A stretch of 64,000 nucleotides of DNA. It comes from Microthyrium microscopicum (lineage: Eukaryota). The position numbers and the translations under genes were made by a program. Within the stretch, counting starts at the first letter, position 1; each line of letters starts with the position of its first letter. The notes beneath the pieces were generated by a model that did not search any database, had not been told where the DNA came from, and worked only from the letters and a program-made list of their open reading frames with translations. Where the stretch lies: assembly GCA_010405405.1 (NCBI GenBank), contig MU004231.1:2495860-2559859 (forward strand), given 5' to 3'. Below, piece after piece: positions 1 through 12,130 of this stretch.

Positions 1-107
1 GCCTCATCGACTCCTATCGCGCCGTTCTTGCATATATCCAAGTGGGTTGGCTCCAAACTATGCACAAAAGTGCCAAAGTATATTGTTTTCTGCGGCGCGC
101 TCTCCAT
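1..107 (-). CDS. Guanine deaminase, N-terminal fragment (continues off the window edge)
   Basis: Manual translation from ATG at 107 gives MESAPQKTIYFGTFVHSLEPTHLDICKNGAIGVDE, which resembles the (Y/F)xGxFVHS...AIGVDE N-terminus of fungal guanine deaminases. Too short to appear in the ORF track. Confidence 0.65.
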   Translation of the reverse strand, partial: MESAPQKTIYFGTFVHSLEPTHLDICKNGAIGVDE

Positions 108-989
108 CTTTCCAAACCAAGATCCTAAAAATGAGTCCCAAATCCACTGAAGCGACATGTAGTAATAATCTGAAACTGCGATGATATGAGTAGCGACGAC
201 TCTGCAAGTCTCCCAAGTCTAAGCGGGACGAACGCGCCTTCTTATCTATCTTCCAACAGGTGTAGTTGATCCCACCAACAGGCACCTGAGGAAAAAGCAA
301 GTGGAAGGCTACTGGTGGTTGGGTTCCACACCCGTCACTGCTGGAGATGCATAAAGCTGGGAGCTTTGGGCCTCTAAGAGTCGAGTAGGAGGTCTCCGAA
401 ATCCGCTAGCTCTTTCCGGAGGCGAGCGCGATCCAATCGATAAGTAACATCGGATCATTTAACTTCAACCGGGTTCTTGGTATCGATGTAACGACACCAG
501 GAACGAAATGGTTTTCTGTAACCAAGGGGTTACTTTGCCTTTTGTAGGTTGATGTTGTTACAAGGCGGACCAGATCCTGGCTATGATCCGGAATTATTTC
601 CGCCTTTTTATATATCCTCTGATATCAACGGACTACCAGGAACTTTTGGGAAGGATTCTTTGACTTATTTTTTTAATACTGCAGCGGTGTCATGATAAAG
701 AGGCTGAAAATTGTGCCTGTATGGTAGCAATTGAAGTAGTTGTAACTTGATGGAGAATATACCTAGAACTACTGTCTTTTACTCAGTAGGTCTTCATGCA
801 TAAATATTTCTATGTCTTACAGGAAAAGGAGAAAGCCCCTATGACGATAAAGGCCAGTGGTTTCAATGCTTCTCACGAAATTGTCATGGAAATCGACCCA
901 CAATCCAAGGTAGCACTACATGCTAGTAGTGTAAAAAACTAACCACAACAGATCCTCTATCAATTCATCCAGAAGTCCCAACCTGACAT

Positions 990-2426
990 CTAGATACTCC
1001 CATGAGAAAGCCTAGCCGCCTCCTCAACCTTCCACTTCAAATTATGAAAGTCCAATCCCGTACTGGCCCCAATAACCAAACTAGCCCAGAAGCACTTATT
1101 CCTTGAATCCTCAGCCCAAGCCGTAATGATAATCTTCCCCTTCTCAATCTCGGCCTTCAATTCATTGTAGAACTGCTTCTTCGGAATAATCACCCGAATT
1201 ACAGACACCAGGCGAGCCAATTTACACCCCCTATTCGTAAGGAACGAATGCAGGGCACCCAATATCATCGACCCAGGTGGCCGCACATTGAGGTCGACAA
1301 TGTATTGTTTCAGATTCTCCTCATGGTCAAGAACATCGATGCCAGCGGCGCCGTAGTACCCGTTTTTGTGCAGATATGCGGCAGCGGAAGCGACGGTCTC
1401 GGCGTAGAGAGCAGCGAGAGACATCTGTCTGGTATAGTCTATCTCTGCACCTTTCCAGGAAAGGTTTTTATGGTTGTCAAAGACTTGATCTGCGATGCAG
1501 AGGAGTTTATGTGAGCCGTCTTTGTTGACGAAGAAGGTTATTGCGTAGCTGCGTGTGTGTGGGATATATTCGCTGAGTACCAGGGCGCCGGGCTGGAGAT
1601 GTTGATTTTCGGAGTTGACGACGCGGATGCTGTTGTTGAGGAGGTCGGGTAGTTCTTTGAGGAGAGTTTTGAGGTCGCTGGGGGTGCGTATTATGTAGAT
1701 TCCTTGGCCGAAGACTGTTTGGTTGAGCTTTAGGACGAACGGCAGTGTTGTGGAGGTGATTTTGATCGTGGCGGACGTCTTCCAGGCTTCGCGGGTGGTG
1801 GAGTTGGTGAGGACTGAGGCTGGTATTTCGATGTTTTCGCTGCGTGGGATCGGAAGACCAGAGTTGGCAAGCCATGTCTTCGATAGAAGCTGATAATGAA
1901 CGTCTGGATCAAGCACGTGTGGTATTGGACGGAGTTTGCTAAGTGGAAGTCGAGTGGCTAGCAAGTCTGTGCTGCTCGGATTCACCACATCGTCAGGAAA
2001 AGCGGAGATTGTCAAGCGTGGTTGTTGCTCGGGTATGAGAATGTTGAAAGCTGCGAGTAGATTGTCTCGATCCTCGCGCTCTTTCCATTCTGGCCTGAAG
2101 GTTTGTCGGCCATCGAATGCATATGCGCGCAATCCGCCGGCAAGCATAAGAAACTTTTGAGTCCCTAGAGTTCGAGCGACGAGATTGTTGTCCGGGTCTT
2201 CTGGGGCATCGAGCGTCCTTATTGTATCATGATAGATATATCTATCTTCCGGGTCGTTGGTCGCCGGCGGATAGGCCGATACAATGATTAATGTTTCCAA
2301 CTCATCTTTTTCGAAGGATGGCTCATATAGAGACTCAAGCGTGTAGTCTAGTTCAATTTGAGGGACCTTGGGGAAGCCCGATAAGCGCTTCGAACTATTT
2401 CCAAAGAAATGCTTTGTGATCCCCAT
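990..2426 (-). CDS. ATP-grasp fold protein (putative amino-acid/peptide ligase)
   Basis: Intronless 478-aa ORF with ATP-grasp motifs PFVLKLNQTVFGQGIYII, VLSEYIP and GYYGAAGIDVL...YIVDLNVRPPGS. Confidence 0.8.
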   Translation of the reverse strand: MGITKHFFGNSSKRLSGFPKVPQIELDYTLESLYEPSFEKDELETLIIVSAYPPATNDPEDRYIYHDTIRTLDAPEDPDNNLVARTLGTQKFLMLAGGLRAYAFDGRQTFRPEWKEREDRDNLLAAFNILIPEQQPRLTISAFPDDVVNPSSTDLLATRLPLSKLRPIPHVLDPDVHYQLLSKTWLANSGLPIPRSENIEIPASVLTNSTTREAWKTSATIKITSTTLPFVLKLNQTVFGQGIYIIRTPSDLKTLLKELPDLLNNSIRVVNSENQHLQPGALVLSEYIPHTRSYAITFFVNKDGSHKLLCIADQVFDNHKNLSWKGAEIDYTRQMSLAALYAETVASAAAYLHKNGYYGAAGIDVLDHEENLKQYIVDLNVRPPGSMILGALHSFLTNRGCKLARLVSVIRVIIPKKQFYNELKAEIEKGKIIITAWAEDSRNKCFWASLVIGASTGLDFHNLKWKVEEAARLSHGSI

Positions 2427-3316
2427 TTGAGTAGCTTGTAAAAAGTTGATATGCTCGGATTAAAACAATGCGAGAGGTTGCGCTTCGCCGTATGCTCAGA
2501 ATGGCCATTTTGAAGGGCAAGAGAAACCTTGGTGTAGATATATACTTATTCACATCTTAAGGTGCTAGACCAAAGTGACCGCCACGTGTGACCACTAGAT
2601 GAGGTGAAGAACTCTGATGAAAGTCCGGTTGTTCATAGGATCATCGGCTGTCGCCCTCGAATGGTCACTGAGGTATTTCCAGAAGACTGTGACTTTCTAT
2701 TTTGGGCAGACATCTTGTAGAGGCAACTTGATCATCGCAAGATGTGCAATCGACAAATATCAGGCCATAAGTATTTCTAAGAACATGAAGCGATTTTTTT
2801 GGCAATTTTTCACTTAGAATCAATAGGCTTGTTGGGGACATCGTTGAATGTGTTCAGCTGAAGTCGCCTATGATGTGCTGTCTTGGACACGAAGCGTTTG
2901 ACGTCAAGTCTTGGGATCCTGCCGTTCGAGTAGCTCAAGTTGGTCAATAGCGAGAAGGCGAGTGCGTTGCGCCTGGCGATGTAGCAGAAATTGGCGAGAT
3001 CCCATCAGGAAATCGTTCGCCGTTATTGCGTTCTCAAAGGAGCGGCAACGCGATATGTTCTGCCTTGCCCTCATCTGCTTAAAGAAGTTAACACTCGGAT
3101 GATCAAATGTCTACCAAAACATATACCAATTAGGATCTCGCCATTAAACTCTCAAAAGAAAGATGAATGAATCTACGCCCTGTCAGCTCGTGAAACAACA
3201 AGTAGCTCTAGCCCGTTTGTATCCAGACAATCAATCATCCACACTACCGCCCAGTCAGAAAGAATGTACAATCCTGATTAATGATATTCATTATACCTAC
3301 ACTGCCTTCAAGACAA

Positions 3317-5322
3317 TCATGGACCAAATTCATGGATGCCCTGCGGTCCCAACTCATTGTAATCCGCCCTCGTAAAATATCCTTTGCTTTGTCCTCCATC
3401 GACAACAAACAGCACCTTCGCCATAACCTGCGCACCCAAAAACTGCGCCTCATCGAATCCAACGTCTTTCCACTCTGGAAAATATTCGCCCATTTTTGCA
3501 AATTTGACACTTGTAGGCGTTTGTCCATGGGATGAATGGATGTTTTGGGAGTGAGCTGATGGAAGCCCGGATGGTGTGGGTTGTAGATGAGCATTTTGAG
3601 AGGTAACGGCAGCGAGCAGAAGAGGGTTGACGTTGCTACTACTCGACTGTAGACCATGAGGGCCGAGTTGTGATTGCGGCTGGGGAGTGTTGGCGCCAGT
3701 TCCGGTGGGCGTCGTCATGTGTGATGGGAGTTCGGATGTGAATATTGTGGCTGATGATGGGGAGATGATGTATTTTTTCTGGATGGTGGTTATTAGAGCC
3801 TCTCGGAAGCCTACATGAGTTGATGTTAGTATTGTAGATTGGCGGAGGAGGAATGTTTGTGTACCTTTTATTTTGGATCCGTTGCCAACTACGATCAAAT
3901 TGTCCCATACATCACTGCGCTTGGCAACATCTTCTACCGATGATACAGCCAGGTGAATAGCGTCCGCGATCCGTTCAACGATATCACCCGCTGCTTGGAA
4001 TCTTTCTAGACCGACTTCAACTTCCTTGCCTGATGGGGGGATGATCTGCTTTGGTGATGTTTGTGTACTGCCTGGCTGGTTTCCGTTTGCATTTTCGGCA
4101 CCAGCTGTTGTAGCTTCACCGCCGTTGGCCGTTTGCGCTCCATTGGTTGGACCGCGAAGGTGAATTGGTAATTCGTAGACAAAAGTTGCTCTTTCCTTGT
4201 CTGCATTTCGGAGCTTAGCCTGTTTTGCAGAGGCTGCAGCGGCATCAGCGTCTTTTTTCGTCTTTTTAGCTTTGTCGCTCTTTTCCTTCTCTTTCCGAGC
4301 GAGAAACTCTTCCATTTTCTTATTTCCAGCTGTGACAATACTTGCGACATCAAGAACGCCGTCAGATTCCACTGGGTCTGCTGCCTCTTCTCCTACTTCT
4401 GTGCCAGGACCGGGGCCCAAAGGAGCGTCCCCGAGAGCACCAGCCGATATTCGTTGTCCTGGGCCAGATCCTATTGCCCCTGTTGATGCTGCGGCAGCGG
4501 GATTTGATACCTCGCCAACTTTTGAGTTTGAAGAGCCAGGCAGTGGTACTCCAGGAGGTAAGATCTCACAAATGGGACTTTGCTTTAGCTGTTCGCACAT
4601 CTCCTTATCAAATCCTTTGGATTTTAGCAACTCGAGTAGTCGCTCGGTCATGGCTTCACCACCACATCGACCAAGAGCAACACCACGTCCAGGTATATGG
4701 ACGCTGAACTCAGAGATGGCAGTAACGTCCGCCTTTTGGTAACCAACATCAACGACGCATGCATTGACGGTATTATAAGCCCAGAGAGACGTGAGTGCAG
4801 AGTCCACGATGATGAAACAAGGAGGTTTAAACTTTTCGAAAAAGAATTGTGTAAGCTTCTCGTAATCGCGTGCGGTCCAGCAAGGTTGAGCGACTAGAAG
4901 CATTGGGCTGTGGAGATGCGGACTCAACCTTCGATGGACGTGTTGAAGTAGAGCAAATAGACAGGACCAGTTGACAATCTTGCCATCTTCCATAGGCCAT
5001 ACCGCTCCCTCTTCTGTAGCGTAATCTTCATAGTATTCCGGTTCGCTTCGATCTACTGGGACACCAGCCTCATCTATAGCAGGAGTCTCGGAGGACTTTA
5101 ACCAAGGGCGGACTTTGTAGGGTTCCCATTCTCCATCTTTTTCTGCAGGAAACATGCATGATCTTATTCGTAATTGCGCCGGCGCAATGGATTCTTGGAT
5201 TCCGAGTTGCGCCAATGTGGTTTGTGAGCCCGGCGCAATTATCTATATTGTTTGTGAGAGGGATTTCGACAGGGATATATGACAGAATCACATACAACAA
5301 TTTGTTCATCTTTGAAAGGCAT
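3317..5322 (-). CDS. ARP9: Actin-related protein Arp9 (SWI/SNF and RSC chromatin remodelling subunit)
   Basis: Spliced start MPFKDEQIV|IIAPGSQTTLAQLG (intron 5243-5295). Actin-fold segments ACVVDVGYQKADVTAI, VGLERF, WDNLIVVGNGSKIKG and YFTRADYNELGPQGIH. A second, in-frame intron lies near 3806-3863. Confidence 0.9.
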
Positions 5323-5700
5323 GATGAAGTGCGACGAAAGTAAATTCGCCGACGCCTTTCTGAGGAAGACTGGTGAGAAGCCAGGCGGCGCAAAGCTTGC
5401 GATGAAAAGGCTAATGGATATGGTAAGCGAGCAAAGAAATATAAGCAATCGACGCGCTTATTGCTAAACGTGTCAGTTCAGATGGACAGATCAGAGAACC
5501 GCAAGCTTGTAAGATCTCTCAAGATTTTGGTATTGAGATCGCGTCTTGTTGCTTTCAACAGTTGAGTTGAAGCTTCAACTGTTTGCTTGGCAGGAACAGG
5601 TTGCTTGATTGGTGGCTGGGAAGGCTTCACGAACCCCCTTGCCCCTCAGCAGCCCCACTGTATTCTAAGACATCAGATTTGATGTTGGCTTGTGATCACC

Positions 5701-5736
5701 ATGCAATGTCGGGATGCAATGTCGGGATGCAATGTC
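5701..5736. repeat. 13-nt tandem repeat (ATGCAATGTCGGG) x~2.8 in the divergent ARP9/NTE1 intergenic region
   Basis: atgcaatgtcggg atgcaatgtcggg atgcaatgtc read directly. Confidence 0.9.
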
Positions 5737-5975
5737 AATACATCTTGCTGTGCAGGAATTCCTTGGGCTTTGTAGTTGAACGTTGAATGGCCCAATCCTT
5801 CTTTCGGGTACACACGACTTCGACATTTTCATACTACTGACGGCCTTTGATCGCACCATATCATGAGAAATGCTCCCTGTCAATCAAGCTGCCCACGTGG
5901 ACGCAACGTCGTAGTCTATCATTGAGCAAATGGTTCTCTTATATTCTCTAAGGTTGCGACAGGAACCTCCACATC

Positions 5976-8900
5976 ATGGACCAATATCAGCCACCTCCTA
6001 TGCCTGATAGCTCTTCTTCTACCACCGAGGTCCTGGCCTGGGTCATCATATCCATTATCAAAGTTGTTCCATTGTTGCTTCTTCGACTGGTTACATTTGT
6101 AACCATCACTGTACCTTCCTGGCTATACACACTGCTGTCAGTGAGCTTGACAGTGACCATCAACTTCAGCACACTTGCTTTCATCGGTCTGGCCTTCCTG
6201 TCTACCGCTAGTTACTTCATCCGCTACCGATATCACAGCTATGCGCGGGGACCAGTGGAGTCTTCTCGAAAAGATCCAGAGGTTGAAGTGCCCAACCCGC
6301 AGACAGACAACTCCAAGCCTGGTCTCTCCAACTACCTCGATGAGTTTCTTAGTGCCATCAAGGTCTTTGGGTATCTGGAGAAGAATGTCTTTCACGAGCT
6401 TACGCGAACCATGCACACACGCCGACTAGCTGCTGGAGAGACGTTTCTACTGGAAGAAGAACAAGGATTTTGTCTTGTTGTCGAAGGATCTATCCAAATC
6501 TTCATCAAGTCGCAGCACGAAGACTCGGAGGATGTTGAGGATGCAGGGTACTTCTCTCCGGACCGCCATCAGGGGTATCAACTTCTCACTGAGGTTCAAA
6601 ATGGAGCTCCTATGTCCTCGTTGTTTAGTATCTTGTCACTGTTTACCGAGGATATCACCACTAAAGGGCATTCTGATCATTCCAGTCACAGACGACAATC
6701 GTCCATGTCATCCGTACCACCTAGAACACCACCGCACTCCGTCAACAATCTGTCTCCATTGAATGGCTATCCATCACCCAGAGGGCCTACTATGGCGCAA
6801 TTACCTAGAGCTTATAGCCAACCATCTTCGCTGCATGCGAGTCCTGAGATTCATCCAGATCATCTCACTCAAGTACCGCCGCTGAATCTAGAACCCCAGG
6901 CTGATGTACCAGCTACTCCGGATCGTGCAGATCTTTCTTTACAGCTCAAGAGGATGAAATCTGCACACCCAGATATCGTTGCCAGAGCAACTCAAGACTC
7001 GACTATCGCTATCATACCTGCGACGGCTTTCAAGCGCTTGACGAGACAATATCCGAAAGCGACGGCGCACATCGTGCAAGTCATTCTAAACAGATTCTAC
7101 CGTGTAACTCTAGTGACCGCACAAAGCTATCTTGGCTTGACAAATGAGATTCTTGATACTGAGAAACGCATGACAAAGTATCTTCTCTCAGAGCTTCCAA
7201 GTTTTCTCCTCGGAAGGCCTCTAGACGCTATCAAAGAGACATTTTCCCATGAAAGAGAAGTCTTGGGACAAGAAGAGGTTGCCAAAGGCATTGCTTTACA
7301 TAATCCAAGAACAGCAGCTCGAAGGCGAAGAAGCAGCTCAATGAAAAAAGAACTGAGTGCACACGTCAGAATTACTGCTGCTCGATCTGTTGCTCATGGA
7401 GGAGCTGACCCACCCTCATCTCCCGAGAATGAAAGATCTGGAGTGAGTGCTGGAGACCTATTTAGAGGATCAAAGGGCAGAAAGAAGGAAAGAACCTTGT
7501 ATGCTCAGCCCGTTCAGACTCCATGGCAGCGAGTTGGATCGCCCATGGAAGGAGGAAATTATTTTGAAGCTCGGCCTCGCGCCGTGCAACGACAAGAAGC
7601 CTCTGAGCATGGAGAGATGTTTCGAGATGCTATCTTCCATGCCATGTGCTCTGCTATGGGTCTTAAGGATTTGAGCAATGGACCAGGTGTTTCTCGAGAC
7701 AACCCATTATCGCCGCGACTCGTATCGTATGATGCACGAAAGCAGAAAGCGGTCTTTAACACCGTGCTGGGACTTATGGATCCTTACGAAGCGTCGAATG
7801 ACAATGATTCAGAGGCCAACTCCACATCGGCATCAGGCATCACATCATCACACAGTTCTCACAATGTAGAGGATATGATAGATGATGTTGAGATTGTCTA
7901 TTTTCCCCAAGGAACTGTACTCGTTGATCAACAAGAACGGCTTCCTGGCCTTTATTATGTCATAGATGGATTCCTTGAGGTTGGCATCACGCTTGAAGGC
8001 GAATCGAGCGAATCCAATTTTCTGGGAACACGAGATCTTATGGATGAGAAGAGAGGTCACGGCATTTCAAAGAAGAAGAAGACTTCGCCAAAAGGCCATC
8101 ATCGGCAATCGCTCCATCTTGTCAAGCCAGGCTCTCTTGCAGGATATCTACCTGCTATATCAGGGTTTCGTTCGTTTGTGGATGTCACAGCGAAAAGCGA
8201 TGTCATTGTTGGCTTCCTGCCGCGGAAATCATTGGACAAACTCGTTGAGAAATATCCTGTTGTTCTCCTTACACTCGCCAAGCGACTTACGTCTCTACTC
8301 AATGGTATGATCTTGCACATTGATTTCGCGCTTGAATATCTACAAGTTGATGCTGGACATATCATCTACGAGCAAGATTCGCCGAGCGATTCTATATACA
8401 TCATCCTGAATGGTCGACTTCGTGGAATCCAGCAGGGGGACAAGAAGGATATTCGCGTTCTAGGCGAATATGGTCAGGGTGATAGCGTTGGCGAACTCGA
8501 AGTACTGACGGATGCTGTCCGGCCTGGTTCACTCCATGCCATTCGCGACACCGAATTGGCAAAACTTCCAAAGACACTATTCAATAGCTTGGCTCAGGAG
8601 CACCCTGCCATATCAATGAAAATGTCCAAGGTTCTGGCCAAGAGAATGAGAACTCTAATGTACAATCCGGTCATAGACAGTACCAAAGAGCGTCTCGCAA
8701 TTGGAGGAGCCAAGAATCCATCTTCTACTGTCAATCTACGGACTGTTGGAATAGTCCCTGTCCGAGATGGAGTGCCCGTAGGCGAATTTGCCGGGAGACT
8801 TGTCAATGCCCTGACTCAGATTGGTATATCAGTCATACTGCTCAACCAAACTGCCATCTTCAAGCATCTTGGCCATCATGCATTCAGCAAAATGGGAAAG

Positions 8901-10390
8901 CTCAAGATCTCGCAGTATCTTGCAGACCTTGAAGAGCGCTATGGAATGGTCCTCTACGTTGCCGACACCAGTGTTCAATCGCCATGGACCTCAACATGCG
9001 TAGCCCAAGCCGATTGTGTATTAGTAGTCGGCGTAGCTGATGATTCACCAGCGCTTGGCGAATATGAAAGAATCGTTTTGACAGCAAAAACGACTGCCCG
9101 AAAAGAACTCGTTCTACTCCACGCCGAGCGATTATGTCCGCCAGGCCTAACATCCAAGTGGCTGCGCAACCGACTCTGGATCAACGGTGGCCACCACCAC
9201 GTTCAGATGGAAAACGCAACTGTCTTACAGGCAGGCAGTGTGAAAAGCAGACGGACTGGTGCCGCAGCAGCCATAAAGCATCGAGTCAAGGTCATTCAAG
9301 CTGAGATTCAGAAATTCACAGGTAGAAGAGTCACGCAAACACCTATCTACTCAACTACTTCACCATTCAAATCCGACTTTCATCGACTTGCCCGAAGACT
9401 ATGCGGAAAGTCTATCGGCCTTGTTCTCGGTGGCGGTGGAGCTCGCGGCATAGCCCACGTAGGCATCATACGAGCCATGGAAGAAGCCGGCATACCCATT
9501 GACATCGTCGGTGGAACATCAATTGGCGCCTTCGTCGGCGCCCTCTACGCCTGGGATGCTGGCATCGTGCCCATGTATGGTCGCATCAAGCGCTTTGCTG
9601 GCCGCATGGGTAGTATGTGGCGCTTTGCTCTCGACCTCACCTATCCCTCGTAAGCTCCCTTCCCTTCGGTTCCATACTTTTCAGCCAGCTAACCATTTTC
9701 AGGGCATCCTACACAACCGGCCTTGAATTCAACCGCGGCATCTGGAAAACCTTCGCAAACTACCGCATCGAAGACTTCTGGCTCCCCTACTACTGCAACA
9801 CCACCAACATTTCCCGCTCCTGCGCAGAATACCACAACTCTGGCCACGTCTGGCGCTACGTCCGTGCCTCCATGTCCCTTGCCGGCCTGCTCCCACCTCT
9901 CTGTGACGACGGCAACATGCTTTTAGACGGCGGATACATCGACAACTTGACCGTCGCGCACATGAAATCCTTAGGCTGCGATGTCATTTTCGCAGTAGAC
10001 GTTGGTTCTCTCGACGACCATACGCCGCAAACGTATGGCGATAGCCTGAGTGGCTTTTGGAGTCTGTGGAATCGCTGGGATCCGTTGAGTAATGCACCGA
10101 ATCCGCCCACACTGGGTGACATACAGTCGAGATTGGCGTATGTGTCTAGTGTGGAAGCGCTCGAGCGTGCGAAAACGACGCCGGGGTGCCATTATATGAG
10201 GCCGCCAATTGATCCGTTTGGAACGCTGGCGTTTGGGGAGTTTGATGAGATCTACAAGGTCGGGTATGAGTATGGGCAGAAAGTGCTGGCGGAGTTAAGG
10301 GAGCAGAAGGTGTTGCCGCTTATGGAGGAGGCGGAGGGTGATAAAGGGGATCTGAGGAGGACGAGGATGAGTAGACGGGCTAGTGTTTAG
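5976..10390 (+). CDS. NTE1: Lysophospholipase Nte1 (neuropathy target esterase family; cNMP-binding domains plus patatin domain)
   Basis: N-terminal hydrophobic segments, cNMP-like repeats, and patatin motifs GGGGARG, GTSIG and LLDGGY. An intron at about 9650-9702 joins the ORFs 5976..9653 and 9617..10390. Confidence 0.95.
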
Positions 10391-10785
10391 ATCTGATTGA
10401 TGGCGGTGATGCTACTAGGTGGGATGAAATGCTTAACCATTGATGAGGCAGAATATTGTAGACGTGACAAGAAGATTTTTCTGATGTATGATAGCTGTTT
10501 TGGATATCAATAAATAGACTTTGCATTGGAAATCCCCATTGGATCCTATCAAATTGCATGGCATAGCGCCCATTTTTGTGCTCACGAATGACTATAATAC
10601 AAATAATTAAAAATACCGTTTATCCATACAATCTAAAACAGCCGACTAGCTTGCCTTTCTTTCATCAATACTGCGAATCTCATTGTTGAGGACCCCCAAA
10701 CTCTCCTGAGCGCATATTGGGACTCTAATCACGAGATCTTGATGTCCCCGCCCGTCGCTCAATACGAACTCTCAGCTGCAACCGC

Positions 10786-12103
10786 TTATTCGACCTTGAG
10801 CTCCTTCTTTGCTTTGCGAGCGCGTTTTGGTTTTGGAGCCTCATCTGGAATTGTCAGCATGAGGTTACGCTTCGTGGTGAAGCCGGGAGCTACCCATCGC
10901 ATTCGGTGGGATCCATAGCACTCGATAAAGAACACATTCTATGGTAGCCGTCGAGTGCGATGGGAGATGTGGTGTTTTTGGTTCATATCAAAGAATGTGA
11001 TCTGACACGAGGAAAGCTTACCTGGGGTAGCCTCGTCATCGGCTTTGAGCACTTTGAGAGTACGCTTGTTAGGCTTCTGGGAGGTGTTAGCCCAACGCTT
11101 CGCGTATCCGAGTGGCCACCATCAAGTGCTGTGGGAAACATCAAGTGATGTGGGAGAGAGCAGTGCAATAAGCTTTGAATGAGAGACTCACCTCTTCCTC
11201 AGAAGCATCCTCCTCGACCTTTGGTGCTTTAGCGGCTTTACGAGCCCGCTTTTGTTGCTCAGGTTTGGACACTTTTTCATTCAAGTCCTCCTCTTCGACC
11301 TTGGGCTCAACCTTTGCTTTGCGGGCAGCTTTCTTCTTTGGTTCAGGCTTGGGCGCTTCTTCAAGAGATTCTTCCTCCTCAATCTTGGTCTCAACCTTGG
11401 TCTTACGAGCACGCTTCTTCGGTTCAGGTTTGGCAGGCTCTTCAGCGGACACATCCTCTTCGACCTTGGTTGCTTTGGTGGCCTTGCGAGGTGCGCCTTT
11501 CTTAAGTGCAGGCTTGGATGCTTCTTCATCATCATCCTCCTCCTCCTCAGCATCCTCCTCGGCGACCTTGGTTGCTTTGGTGGCCTTGCGAGGTGCGCGT
11601 TTCTTAGGTGCAGGCTTGGATGCTTCTTCATCGTCCTCCTCAGCATCCTCCTCGGCGACCTTCTTCGCCTTCTTCTTTGGAGCGCGCTTGGCACCGGGAC
11701 GATTCAATTCAGGCTCTTGCTTCCAATCTTCATCGTCGACGTGGCCCTGCTCTAGAGCGCGGCGAACCTTGACCTGGTCGTCGTCATCGAGAGTGTCAAA
11801 GTTTTCAAACAAGTCAAAGTTGCCTTCAAGGAACTTATTAACGTTTTCGATTTGTTTTGGGGTCCAGCAGCCCCTGTTGGGAATATCAGTAACATAGCAA
11901 AAGGCCTTGTGGTCAATGGACAGTGAGACTTACAAATGTCTATATTTCCAGCTGGCACGGGCTTCGCCATGAACATTGATCTCGACCCAAGTGCCAACAC
12001 GAATCTCGCCCTTTTCAAACTTGATTTTGGTCGCTTTGCATCGGGCGTCGTCACAGCCAGCTCGACGGTTGGGAGCATACTCTATCATGTAAGCGGTAGG
12101 CAT
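10786..12103 (-). CDS. Stand-alone PARP-type zinc finger protein with a K/E/A-rich repetitive tail (S. pombe Hpz1-like architecture)
   Basis: Reconstructed exons 12103-11934, 11873-11192, 11076-11022 and 10844-10786 keep frame: MPTAYMIEYAPNRRAGCDDARCK...KGEIRVGTWV...WKYRHLGCWTPKQ (C-x4-C...H-x2-C). A 5'UTR intron lies at 12131-12368. Confidence 0.85.
10845..11021 (-). other. 177-nt last intron of the zf-PARP gene, carrying structured motif copy A
   Basis: GTAAGC donor, GCTGAC branch site, CAG acceptor; splicing restores the frame. Contains CCCATCGCACTCGACGGCTACCATAG...TTATCGAGTGCTATGG. Confidence 0.8.
11461..11660 (-). repeat. Internal coding duplication (~95 nt unit) in the zf-PARP tail
   Basis: The peptide KVAEEDAEE(E/D)..DDEEASKPA(P/L)KK(R/G)APRKATKATKV occurs twice, with near-identical DNA. 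Confidence 0.8.
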
Positions 12104-12130
12104 GTTGAGAGACGTGGTAATGACGAGAGT

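Noticed and set aside
10942..10951. The motif segment ACGGCTACCA is identical, from memory, to a conserved 18S rRNA sequence, suggesting a C/D snoRNA guide
   Set aside because: On the host-transcript strand it is sense, not antisense, to 18S, and no C/D boxes are shared by the two copies. A 10-nt match can be chance; rRNA mimicry is untested.
11175..11897. Long antisense and alternative-frame ORFs over the zf-PARP tail (and similar shadow ORFs over other genes)
   Set aside because: They are by-products of low-complexity coding sequence on the opposite strand and show no independent protein features.
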